From Macrostomum lignano (lineage: Eukaryota), in contig NIVC01000020.1 of the NCBI GenBank assembly GCA_002269645.1, positions 1,485,500 through 1,549,499 on the forward strand: a DNA stretch of 64,000 nucleotides. The letters are read 5' to 3'. A program made the translations under genes and the position numbers. A model generated the notes under the pieces. The model was given only the letters and a program-made list of their open reading frames with translations, had not been told where the DNA came from and ran no database searches. Positions 48,431-60,420 of this stretch are shown piece by piece. The first letter of the stretch is position 1. Each line of letters opens with the position of its first letter.

Positions 48431-48973
48431 TCACAAACCTTTTTGACTTGATCGATAGCATTGACACGTTTTCACAGCAAGTGGCAACTCACCCTCCGGG
48501 CAGCTGTAATTCACGAACAGGTATTTGTAGTTCTTGGGGCAGGGATCGGAGCCAAAAGCACTGTTGGATGCGGAGATGCTGCAGGTCTGAGCACCCTCAC
48601 ACCGCGACTTTGTGTAGCTGAGCGAGTTGGAGCTCCAGCAGTTGTTCATGGAGCTCGTGTGTCTGACGCAGTCAGTGCTGAACTCCTCTGACTTGCCGAA
48701 CATAGCGAAGTGGATGTTGATGGAGCCCCGCGGGCACGAGATGGACAGGTGCTGGCCCTCGCACACGATTTGGCTCAGCACAGCGGCTGGAATGAGCGGG
48801 AGACTGAGCTTTGGAGGGGCAGTTGACCTCCCTATAATTGACTGTCAGTGGAGGGCAGTTGACCTCCCTATTCTTGACAGCGGAGGACAGTTGACCCACA
48901 GTCCATGCAACTCACCCAGTGCTCTGGGCATCCCCAAAATCAGGCCAGTCGCTAGCAGTAGTGTCAGCCTCAT
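48431..48973 (-). CDS. Secreted SUEL (galactose/rhamnose-binding) lectin; exons 48973-48916 and 48786-48431
   Basis: Exon 1 encodes the signal peptide MRLTLLLATGLILGMPRAL, followed by a phase-1 GT-AG intron. Exon 2 reads VCEG..LSISCPRG.I.I.FA.FG...C...C.S..SL...C.G...C.I.ASN..FG.DPCP...KYL.V.YSC. A TATATA lies ~95 nt upstream of the ATG. Confidence 0.85.
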
Positions 48974-49414
48974 GTGCCTCAATTTTGCAATGTTTTTTGC
49001 ACTGAACCAAGCTGCAAGCAGAGAGTGTTGGGTGCCATCCCAGCCCGGGTGCGGGTCTATATATCAGCTGCTCCGCAATTGACAGCCAATCCCAAATGGC
49101 CGGTTCCTGACAGACACCTCCATCAGCTGCAGCTGGCATGTTTGCTAGCAAATTTTGCTTGGCTTGAAGTGGATTGCTGATTGCTCGAGTTAATAGTGTA
49201 CTCGTAGTGATAATGCTTTTAATATGCAAACTCATATGCCATCCTGCAACACTGGTCTGGGAGATACTTTAATCCAGTTCTCGAGACAAGTGAACGCAAT
49301 GATTGAGAATGAATGTTGCGCAAATACTGAGCTGTTTACACATCATTCTGAGAATCTGGCGGGGACTTTCGATGGAATTCCCATTTGTCAGCTGGCACCT
49401 CGGTCGCATGCATT

Positions 49415-52400
49415 CAGCTCGCCAGTGAAGTATGAGACAGACCAGGCCTATGGGCTAAGGTCTGCGATACTTCACGCCTGCCCCCATCTTCAGCAGGTTA
49501 AGGCTGATGGGAGGTCTGCACCCTCTATTTGCTGCTCTCTCGCATGTCGACCAAGGGTCTAATTCTGGTGCAACTCTGAAGAGAGCAGCCGCAGTCTACG
49601 CGAGCTTCTGCCAAAGCTGAACTGGCCGCTTTCGCATCTGGATCCCGGCCGGCAGTGCCATTAAGTCCGGAGATCGGCTTATGCAGATCCTGCTAAAGCT
49701 GCACCCTGACCTCGAGGTCAACAGGCTCCTACACCACGCCACTTCCCGCAAGGAGAAGGGGGCCACGGTGATCCTAGGGCTCTCCGACGCCTGGGCTAAG
49801 CGCTTCCCCCCTAAGTCTACTATCCACCTTGGTCTGACTCAGCTGACCATCCTCCGTTGCGAGGAGCGGAAAGCTGACGAAGCCAAGCATGCTGAGGCTC
49901 CTGAAACCGTAACTAGGGCCCAAGCTCCTCCGGCAAAGAAGCTGAGGCAAACGGCTGATCCCAAGCCCGGTAAGGCAGTCAGCGCTGCTGAAGCCGGCAA
50001 TCGCAACCGCAGACCTGCCAGGAACACACGGAGGTCCGATCTGATCCAGCGCGCGTTGGACCTGGCCAAGAGCCTCCGGGCGTATCGTGAGCGGGCCCGC
50101 GCTTCTGCGCTTCACCCAACAGCCAGAATGCCTGGCTGTCGGCGGGGAGGCGCTGACCGACTGGTTCGAGTCAGACTCACCAGGAAGCTGGCGTCACCCG
50201 CATCAACCTGATCGACGAGGCAGAGGGGACGGGCAGTGACAGCACCGAAGCACGCAGGGGAGGCGACGGTAACGTCCACGCTGGGCTCACGCCCGCGGAG
50301 GACTCCACAGCCACCCTAACTGCCGAGGACGCTGAAACTCCCATGGAGGTTTGTGGGACAACCACCTCTGAAAAGGAGGAGGATGACCTGCTCAACGATT
50401 CCCCAGCTGCGTGACAATGATCAGCAGCCAGGGAATCCACTGCTTGCAGATTAATCTGCAACACTGCGTCGCAGCTTCGGTCAACCTTATGCGTTACGCC
50501 GAGCTCGACACGCCGGGGCTCATCTCGTCCAGGAACTCTGGACCCTCAAAGGGTAAGTCTCAGAACGCCCCTGCCGGCTACAATTGTTTTTATACCTACC
50601 CTCGAGGCCAACCAGCCTCCCAGAGCTTGCATCTTTACGATTAAAATGCTCAGTGCGTGGCTCAGATCGGACCTGTCCAACAGGGACATCTGCGTCATCT
50701 AATCCGAGGACCTTCTTCCAGGGAAGACCACCCTCATAGCCTCGGTCTACCTACCAGGCGATGCTGCGGTCGTCCCCAGAGCCCTCGCTACGCTGCTCGA
50801 GCTCTGCTCTGCCAAAAACTACGAGCTCATGGTTGCCGGCGACATCAACGCCCACCGCACTGGCATCAATCAGAGAGACGAAGACCTCCTAGCCTACGTT
50901 GCTTCTACGACCCTCGAATTCTGCAACTCTGGGTCCACCCCTAAATTTGATAACGGACGGTGGTCGGAGGTGATCGACGCCACACTCGGAACACCCAGGC
51001 TCTACCAGAGCATTGGGGCGTGGCGGGTGCTTTCAGCGTCCTCACTCTCCGATCACAAGTTCATCTCCTTCAACCTGATAGCCGCGCGTAGCGCAACTCG
51101 TGTTACGTGGAGACCAGAACGCCAGAAACACTGATTGGGAAACCTTCGGGCTCGCCCTGAAGAAGTTCCATCGGTCTCCTGGCCAACCACCCACGATCAC
51201 GTCATGCTACGAAGCGGATGACTTCGCGACTGTTCTAACAGAAACGCTAACCGCCGCCTTTGAGGCATCATGCCCTTTAAAAGCCTATAAAGGGAAAAAA
51301 TCTGCGCCGTGGTGGAATCCCGATGTGATGAATACAGTATGCTATACGGCAAATAAATTAGGCCCTAAACAAACCTATTTTTGGAGCGTTCAAAGATTTT
51401 AAACTATTGGCCCTATTGCCTATCGTCGGTCGGCGAGTTCTACCAATCTTTCTCCGATAGTTGCAGGTACGGTACAAGTAAAGAAGAAACACGGGTGAAA
51501 CGATTCAAGCAGATTTAGAGCGTGATAATCCTAGTTTAAGAATGGCTGACTATGCTAGTAGTTGACTTAGACGATTTAATTTAGTTACTTCAAATTGATT
51601 ACAAGTTCTCAACGCAGTTCGCGACGCAGATAAATTTGAGCACGGATAACAACGATAATAAATTAATTACGCAACTGGCGAGCGGATCTCAGCTTTGAAG
51701 AAGAAGAAGGAACCGAACACGGGACCACGGAGAAAGACTCCTAAACACTGGCCTAAACCCAGAACCTACTCTCAAACGAGAGCCCTGACGAATTGACGGT
51801 TCAGTGGAGCTCTGGCTAAGTTCTACCAGCGCTGCCCTTCAGTGCGACACTGAGGCCCTCGGGTCGAGGCCACGTACTTTGTCAAATCCGCCTGTCTCTA
51901 TCTAAACCGCGCTTGATAACGACGCCCTCAGACAAGGTTGCCGTAGGCGTTACGTCACAAGACTGGTGCGGTTGGGCGAGGGAATAAAGCACGGACCGGG
52001 GGAGACGAGCAGATTAAGCGCCTCAAAGCGCGAAAACAGAGGGCAAAACGGCCGGGAAATTGGACAAGCTAAAGGCCGAAAAACCGAAAATCCGACCGCT
52101 AATCACACTTTCATTTATAGTCACTGTCAAACCCCTCAAAACCCCCTCACGCCGGGTGGTGGGTGTCTCTGGCCGGCCGCTCGTTAAGCCGACTTGCACT
52201 GGGCCCGCGGCGCCGGGTAGACTTGGATTTTGCCACGTGCCAGGGTCCAGGCCGGTTCTGATTGGCTGGCCGCGCAAAGCTTGGGGTACGCAGGAAAACT
52301 CAACCCTCCGCTGAGTCACAGAATTGGCGCCTAACTTCTAACCTGCTTACGCAAAACAAACTCTAAACTAAGAGAAAAAAAGTACATTGAAACGCGTGAC

Positions 52401-52590
52401 CAAATAAGCAAAATAATAATTAACAATATGGAAACTAACTAATAAAATGCAAACTACACAAAAGATGCTCACACTACACCAAGCTCGGTAACCTCCGTCG
52501 CAGAGCTAAGAAACTCCACCGCAGAGCAACTAAAACTAAGAGCCCAGCGCAACAAACCGCCTACCATGAAGCAATCCATGAGTTTAAAAG
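49415..52590 (+). mobile_element. Second copy of the LOA-like LINE, internally deleted and 3'-truncated, interrupted by an LTR insertion
   Basis: It matches the 5' end, ORF1 and APE of 25926-31665. The match breaks at GGAATCCCGA (51323) and resumes at AGCTCGG (52482) to 52590. Confidence 0.9.
51324..52478 (+). mobile_element. LTR (~997 bp, TGTGA...TCACA) with PBS-like TGGCGCCTAAC and a short leader, nested in the LINE
   Basis: Inverted termini at 51324 and 52320 are followed 4 nt later by TGGCGCC. The possible 4-bp TSD is CCGA/CCAA. Confidence 0.6.
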
Positions 52591-53623
52591 TCGTATGGAC
52601 TCCAAATGAAAAGAATTCAGAAATTTGCAGTTGCCTAAAAATTGTATTTAAAAAGCGCCTTAGAAGTTGCTGGAAATGTGGTTTGTTTCAATATCTTCAA
52701 TGTTTTTTTTAACCTAGTCCGTTATTAACTTCAAAATTGATTTGAAAAAAGTGCCGCTTCTATTTTAGGTGACTCTCCAGTTGATAGCGAACACAGAGAA
52801 CCGCTCACATGCACCTGCTTCCAACTCTGCAGTTTCTTGCCTCTCTTGCCTCCCAGTCTAGCACTTGGCGTCCTCTCCCCTCCCTTTGTGGCTTCAGATC
52901 TCTTTAATGGTTTACCGTAAATTAAATATTAAAAGCATCTTCAGGCCTTGCGCTCGCCTAGAAAATGTAGCCCAAGCTCCAGTCTGCTCCCGGTTTACCT
53001 GTAGTTCTTCTTTGCGTCAGTTTTGGGACGCTAAAAATATTATTTCTGTTTGGACTAAAATTAGGACTACAAAAAATGGCGACTGCAATTATCCCCAGCC
53101 TCTCCCGACTTCTCCCAACCCCGCCAAAGTTTCATGAGGTGGCGACCCTCTCACAATTTGCTGTCTGCATCCAAGCCAGCATTCTGTGGTTCTATCAATA
53201 GAATTTGGTTTAGCTAATGAAGCTGCATGAGAGGCCGCCCAGCTGCAGTGTTGAATTATTAAGATGTATTCAGAAATAGCAGTTTTCTCAGCAAGGCTCC
53301 ATCGAGTTTATACAACAAATTCATCAGCCTCCGGCAGAGCAACCACAAAGCAGCGCAGGCTCTTATGGCACCCCTGAAAGGGTTAGATGTTAGTAAGATG
53401 TTGTTAAATGCTGGTTTCTTATAAAGTTTTGCATCTACAAAATCAATATTGCGTATGTGTACGTTTTGAAATGTATAAAAATCATAGAGAATATATTGTA
53501 CGTATTTACAAGCAAAACATCACAAAAACGAATTCAGCAATAAAAAGCCTAAAATCGCTAATTTCAAAATCGCTAATTTTGTGCCGAAAATTATCGAAAA
53601 TTTTCGAATGATCGAAAATTATA

Positions 53624-54093
53624 TTGACCTACTTGACTCAGCTGCGGGGCTCCGGGCATCCCGATACAGCGGGGAGGTGTTGAAAGCCCATTACGCTGAC
53701 ACCTGGCGACCACGGGCAGCTGGTGCTGTGGTGTCGCGCAGAGAGTTCCGGTGGTACCGGTGTCCGCAGCGCGGTTTCCTGGAGAGAGTTCAGGAGGTGG
53801 ATGGTCGTTCGCCCAGTAGCCCTTAGGTAGCGGACGAGCTGGCAGAGATTCTCGGGCCTGAAAACATCGGATAGGCCCGGGTTTGGACCGAGGTAGGTGA
53901 GACTGTCCTGTCTGTCGGCATCCGCATTCTCGACGCTGGAGAGGCAGAATAGGCATTCCTCGATAGAATGGGACAGTCGGCAGTCGGTGGCGGCAGTCGG
54001 TGGCGTCAGCCCACCTCTCCCTGTGCTTGGATGCCACCCACTGGCTAATTTGAGTGTTGACAACGGGTAAAAGACCCGGTCGAGCCAACTAAA
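53624..54093 (-). mobile_element. 5'-truncated LINE of a sister LOA-like family with 11-bp TSD
   Basis: It encodes ECLFC...[29 protein letters not shown], compared with YLGPNPSIDEVCQPDSIPRLIQFLRATRR in the full LINE, and shares the same type of tail. The flanks are CGAAAATTATA and CGAAAGTTATA. Confidence 0.8.
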
Positions 54094-54302
54094 CGAAAGT
54101 TATACATAGAAACTTGATTGACCAAGTGTGCGACCAAGTCCTGGCAATGGGTGGTCGCAACTCCGCACCTTATATTTCTACCGCAGCTCAGAGCTCCCCC
54201 ACCTTATCGCGGCAGGGTGAACTGCAACTCAGCTTAATTAGGGATGCCTTGAAGGTTGCGACGAAGGTCTTCAATTGAATTGCGTTACTAACCGGGATTA
54301 GT

Positions 54303-54600
54303 GGGGGCATAGCCTGGTGGTCTCGGGCGGCGCGCTGATGTGCCAACGGCCCAGGCTCGATTCCAAGTGCAGTCACATTAAATTGGGACTAAATTAAAAT
54401 CTCGACTTGGGTCTGCTCGCGCATTTAACGTCTTATAGGACCCCCAAAGGCACAGAGAGGGTACGAAAGTCAGGGCCGCTGTACATGTGCATGTACACCC
54501 TGTGTGAGTGTGTATCCGCATGCGCTTGTGCGCCTGCTCAGGACCTCAGCAAATTGGGCAGTAATGCCTAAAGTAGAAAAGAAATTTCCTAAATCCCAAC
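54303..54600 (+). mobile_element. tRNA-derived SINE-like sequence (right end uncertain)
   Basis: A-box-like TAGCCTGGTGG and B-box-like GGCTCGATTCC at tRNA spacing; no clean cloverleaf. Confidence 0.5.
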
Positions 54601-54977
54601 AATAGAGGATGCCTTGAACAGAATTCGGAACTTGAAAAATTCACACAAAAAGGAATGATCCGCATTTTGATAAAAATGTACTCGAAAATACATCATACTT
54701 CACTAATCCAAGTGATTGATCGAGTGCAACTTTCACCACTTTCCACCAGCCGCGCACAATGTACGCAGTTCATCCGGCAGACCCAGAATCACGCCAGGTG
54801 GAGGGATGGGCAGAGGAGGGAGGAAGGGTGGGAGAGGAAGCATTTAGCGAGCAGAGCATGCAGAGATGAAAGCTTTGCTGCAGCTCAGGATGCCACCGGA
54901 TGAGCAGAGTCCTGCGGGGCGGGAACCCTGTCGCAAGATTAGCAACGAAAAAAGTACGACCTGATTGACGCTGCCAC

Positions 54978-55496
54978 CAGTAGCGCAACCAGAAATTTGT
55001 TGAGGGGGGCGGATTCTGGAGGGTAAGGACCCAAGGGGGGCAAATTCTGGAGGGTAAGGACCCAAGGGGCGGATTCTGGAGGGTAAGGACCCATGGGGGG
55101 CGGATTCTGGAGGGTAAGGACCCAAGGGGGCGGATTCTGGAGGGTAAGGACCCATGGGGGCGGATTCTGGAGGGTAAGGACCCAAGGGGGGGGGCGGATT
55201 CTGGAGGGTAAGGACCCAAGGGGGGCGGATTCTGGAGGGTAAGGACCCAAGGGGGGGGCGGATTCTGGAGGGTAGGGACCCAAGGGGCGGATTCTGGAGG
55301 GTAAGGACCCAAGGGGGGGGGCGGATTCTGGAGGGTAGGGACCCAAGGGGCGGATTCTGGAGGGTAAGGACCCAAGGGCGGCTCTGCATTTTGGCGAAAA
55401 TTCGCTTTGTCCCCACTTTGATTTTCTTTTTGGTCTCCGCCTATAATGGGGGGTGGGCAAACCCCCACCGCCCCCCGCCCCCTGGTTGCGCCACTG
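54978..55496. mobile_element. hAT-like MITE carrying a ~28-bp G-rich minisatellite
   Basis: TIR CAGTAGCGCAACCAG/CTGGTTGCGCCACTG with a perfect 8-bp TSD GCTGCCAC. The array GGATTCTGGAGGGTAAGGACCCAAGGGGGC has ~13 copies. Confidence 0.9.
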
Positions 55497-57232
55497 GCTG
55501 CCACCGAGCGAGATTGATTGCGCGACCAATTCTCACATGGCTTCTCCACAGACCCACTTTTGGGGCATAGACAATGAAGAGCGAGTCTTCAGTAGCTGGA
55601 CTCTCCCGCTGAGGACCTTGATTCAACTCAGAGAACATATTTCTTTAAATATTCTAAATATTTCATTGTCGGCTGATTTTCCATGCAGGAATGGCATTCT
55701 TGCACTCTTTTGCGTGCAGGAATGGATGTCTATGGTAAAATCTCACTGAAAAAGCATTAGGCGCAGAAATGCATTCCTGCACGGTTTTGTGCATTCCTGC
55801 ACGATGAATCATCCGACAATGGAATTCCTTCACGTTCACTCGTGCGTGAAGGACATCGTGCACTCGTGCGCTAGCGCGCACTCGTGCATATGTCATTCCC
55901 GCACTCGTGACCGTGCAGGAATATATCAATCTTTACACATCTTTTACTCATTTTAGAAATACCCTCTGCCAGCTACTGCCAGTAGTCGTAACTGCATGCG
56001 CGCAGTAGTTTCTGCCCTCCCCCGTTCCGGTCGCGGAAGCGGGCATGAGTCAGAGCCGGCGGGCTGCCCCGATAAATGCCCCCCCCCCGGAAAAGAGGCC
56101 CAGCCCGATATTGAAACCAGCGAATGCCTGCCTGCCAACAGCTCTCCTGCTGAGGGTGGAGCTGAGGGGAATTCGCTACCGCCTTTATGGGTTGCGCGCG
56201 CGTTGCTGTTGGCTTGCGCGATTTGTGACCCCCGGCAGGAACTGCGCGCAAAGTGCGCGAGCCGTCAGCAGATGAGTCACCCATGCGCTGCCTTCGCAGT
56301 CGGGCGCGTTGCGTTCGGTTTAGCGCAAAATTTCGCACTGCCTGCGGAAAAGTTTTTACTCCGATGACGTATGATTGGCCTCCATTCCGGTCAAACGGAA
56401 CTGCAAGATGTGCTGCCAAAAGTAAATAATTGCTGTGCTGGTTGACAGAACCGCTGCCAATGCAAAATGCAATGCAATGCCAAGGAAATTTCCTTTTTAA
56501 CCTTTTTGAACATCTTGTTGAGTGTCAATTCTCTCCTAGCGTTCGTGTGCTTAGACACTGGGCTTCGAACTCAGAACTAGGGGGAGGGGGGCGATCGAAA
56601 GCTTCAGCATCTGTGAGGTATTCGAGACATTCCAGCTTCATTTTATGCTCGAAAGTCGCAAAGGAGAAGGACATCGAGTGACGTCCCGACAGGCTGCAAA
56701 ATCAATTTCTAAGAACAGGTTTGTGCTTGTTGCGATGGAGTTTCTTCTCGTGCTGGCATATCGCGTGACGGCCGGGACTGGCGGCATGAGTCACCGCATG
56801 GCCGCAGTTTTCTGCGTGCGTCGCGGTTTAAAAAATCAGCGCTTCGCCGCAGTAAAAAACTGCCGTGTTGCGCAACCCGACGCGATCGTGACTCAGCCGC
56901 GCGTGGCCAGGGCCGAGGCGTCGCTTCTGCATCAAGCTTCATCCCCAAGTCATTGTCCGAATTCCTCTACAACTGGCCGTTTCACTTCGATGAGGAATTT
57001 CCTGCTGCAGCAGCGACACTTGCCGCTCATCCGTCATTCAGATTTGGCATCGGCGGCATTGCGGCAGAGCTGAACTGACTCGCCAACTGACTGCGGAGGC
57101 TGCCGTTTGTTGGCCGATCTGGGAATTCCGGATATCGGGTGGCCATCCGGCCATCCGAAATGATCGAAATGGAATTCCGGAACAGGGGATGTCATAAAAT
57201 TTTTTAAGGCCATAGCTTTTCTGTGCGATCAT

Positions 57233-57495
57233 AGCCATTCTGTGTGGTCATAGTCATTCTGTGTGGTCATAGTCATTCTGTGTGGTCATAGTCATTCTGT
57301 GTGGTCATAGTCATTCTGTGTGGTCATAGTCATTCTGTGTGGTCATAGTCATTCTGTAGGGTCATAGTCATTCTGTGTGGTCATAGTCATTCTGTGTGGT
57401 CATAGTCATTCTGTAGGGTCATAGTCATTCTGTGTGGTCATAGTCATTCTGTGTGGTCATAGTCATTCTGTGTGGTCATAGCTATTCTGTAGGGT
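57233..57495. repeat. 19-bp minisatellite (GTCATTCTGTGTGGTCATA), ~13 copies
   Basis: Tandem units. Confidence 0.96.
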
Positions 57496-58482
57496 CGTAC
57501 CCATACTGTGGGATCATGGCTACTCATTGGGGTCATGGCCATTCTATCGGCGTCATTCCAAAGGGTCATTAGCCTCTTTCACAAGAGATCACACTACCAA
57601 GTCTAAAGTGTCATAGCCAGTCTATTAGGATCAGCGCCTTGCTACAGAGTTACTCCCAGAGGATTTTTTTGAGACAGGCAGCGAGTGTCAGGCAGCCCGA
57701 ACCGATGGATGAACTGTCGATTTTCGTTAATCATCATGTTATTATTATTATTATTATTCGAGTTTCAACCTAACACCCACTCAAGGCGGCATTATCCGAT
57801 CAATTATAAACTCGATTCACTTCGGGCTTTACCGGAACGGCGTGAGTGGCCGCCCCAGGGGGCACCGGCTTGCTTACTAATTCTGCTGATTACGTAATCA
57901 CTTGGGCCTCAATACGCTACCAACACACCGGCTGGGGGGGGGCAGTTGTCGCACCCCGTGTTAGTCACTTGCGACCCCCAGGTTTACTCATTCTCTCACG
58001 GAACTCTCATTGTCAGGGGAGAGGAGGGGGTGCAGCGCATGGGCTGCTTTCTTCCCAAAAGCTGGCAGCTCCCTACCCCCCCCCCTGCCCCCGTGACACC
58101 GGCGCGCTATGAACAGAATTGCGTCATCTGCCAGTGAAGCGCGTGACTCACTGGGCGCAGATTCTTCCTGTCAGCTCGGGGGTGGTCTTTAATCGGCGCA
58201 TTCTGCGTGGGCAATCCGGGGGGGGGGAGATGATCAACCAGATGATAATTCCATATTTGTGCCGGAGACTCAACTAGTTGGGGTGGAGCAGAACTCAGAG
58301 CAATGTCTGAAAAGATGCGTGCCTTCTGTGCGAGTCGATGATTTGCATTGATTTCTCCAGCAATGAGGGGCAAAGGGGAAGCGGCGCCAACCCCTAATCT
58401 TCAGCTCGACATCCTGGCAGCTTTGCACATCAGCATACAATAAAATTTCTGGCTCCCATTGTGCTTCTGCTAGAAGTCTGGC

Positions 58483-58908
58483 GCTTACTATCTGGCGCCC
58501 TTTACTATCTGGCGCCGTTTACTATCAGGCGCCGTTTACTATCTAGCGCTTCTTACGATCTGGCGCCCTTTACTATCTGGCGCCCTTTACTATCTGGCGC
58601 CGTTTACTATCAGGCGCCCCTTACTATCTAGCGCTTCTTACGATCTGGCGCCCTTTACTATCTGGCGCCCTTTACTATCTGACGCCCTTTACTATCTGGC
58701 GCCGTTTGCTATCTGGCGCCGTTTACTATCTGGCGCCCATTACTATCTGGCGCCCTTTACTATCTGGCGCCCTTTGCTATCTGGCGCCCATTACTATCTG
58801 GCGCCCATTACTATCTGGCGCCGTTTACTATCTGGCGCCCTTTACTATCTGGCGCCCTTTGCTATCTGGCGCCGTTTACTATCTGGCGCCCCCTCTATCT
58901 GGCGCTGT
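58483..58908. repeat. 17-18-bp minisatellite (ACTATCTGGCGCCCTTT), ~24 copies
   Basis: Tandem units with variants. Confidence 0.95.
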
Positions 58909-59964
58909 GGAATGCCTTTAAAGGAAATATGTTTATAGTTATTCTACCTGACGCACCACTTTCTTTGATCTGGCGCCCCTATCTATCTGGGGCTACTTCC
59001 ATTCTGGCGCCACTTCTTTGATGTGGCGCTGTCGAATGTCTTTTCAAAGCAAAGTTTTTAGATTTAAGAAAAAGTATTGAACAGTTTAACAATGGTATTT
59101 GTTTCGAGTGCCAGGCCACAACAGTGAGCGACCCCGGTTTGCAATAATCCCAAAAGTCAGAGCTGCATTTTTTTAATCCTCCTCTTCCGCTGAGCTGCCT
59201 TTGTGTGACTCAGCCGGCCTTTGTTGCAGCCGCCACGCAAGTCCCGTCGGCACTGAGGTCGGCAGCGGGCGCAGCGGGCGCAGCGCAAGTCCCCCGGCAG
59301 TGAAGAGAGCAGTTGGGGAGGCTCCAGCAAAGAAAATGTTTGCCGAGCAAAATCCCCACGCAAGCTGGCATCCCATAGGGCGGCTCTGAGGCGGAAGGTG
59401 AGAGAAGGGCGAGCGGTGACTCACAAAGGGCGGGGCTGCCGGGATCCTCGCTGCTCACCTGAGCGCCGCCAGCCGACTCTGCCTCTCTCGCGCCCGACCG
59501 AGATCTGTTGCCAGGGCCCCCCCAGTAACCTTAATTGACCCCTCGTCCTGAGCCAAACCTCAGCCTGACCGCCTCAAGATTGATTGCGGCAGTTGCGCAT
59601 TGCGCAATAGAAAAAATGTTCGCTCGCGAGGGCCGGGTCGCAGCTCCGTGATTTGATTAGTGGCGCCTTCTCTTCAATATTTGCGGCTCAGCGCCAATTT
59701 GCAATTTCTTCTTTCAGGTTTTGACAGCCGTGACCGAGCAGCCCCCTCCCGGTGCTTTTGAGCCGAAGCTGAACTGCGGCATTTTCCTCGGATCCCCTCG
59801 CCCGGGATTATGGATTGGGAAATTTCATTTTAGGGAGTGGGGAACAGAAATGCCAGCTCTGCTGGTGGCGAGTGACTCATCTCGGCCATTGTGCGAATTG
59901 ACTGTCTCGTTGCGGGGTCTCAAATCGGAAGACGGCTTATTCATAATTCACATCTTTGAGACTC

Positions 59965-60420
59965 ATTTACAGGGGTCAACGGACCTCCCCCTTCATGAAA
60001 CTCATTTCGATGACCTCCTCCGACTTGTACTCGCAAAAAGTTTTCCCTTCACTGAGATGCAATATGAGGGTCAACGAACCACCCCAAAAACTTTTTTGAA
60101 TAGGTCAGCGGACCCCCCCCCCGTATTGAGAACTATTTAGAGGGGTCAGTGGACCTCTCCTCACATTCAGAACCATTTGTAGAAGTCAACGGACCTGCCC
60201 TGAGGCTAGTTTAGAGGGTCAAGGACCTCCCTCCTATTGAGATGATACTCATTAGGAGGGGTCAATGGACCTCCTCCTCTATGAAACGCACTTAGAGGAT
60301 TGCTCCACACTTAGGACTTACACCTACGAGTTGCAGAAGGGGTCAATGGACCTCCCCTCATTGGGTCTCATTGAGAGGGTCAACGGGCCCAATTTATTAG
60401 AGGGGTCAAGGGCCCCCATG
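59965..60420. repeat. Degenerate array of ~10 semi-palindromic GAGGGGTCAA[T/C]GGACCTCCC motifs with variable spacers
   Basis: The motif recurs at irregular intervals of roughly 25-100 bp. Confidence 0.7.

Noticed and set aside
54303-54375. Functional tRNA gene
   Set aside because: A and B boxes are present but the acceptor and anticodon stems do not pair, so it was treated as a SINE head.
55930-57200. GC-rich ORFs of 60-150 aa as exons
   Set aside because: No consistent splice frame, codon pattern or motif. The region looks regulatory or repeat-derived.
57737-57900. LINE/SINE 3' end with a (TAA)n tail on the minus strand
   Set aside because: The only evidence is a short TTA microsatellite; no TSD or coding homology was seen.
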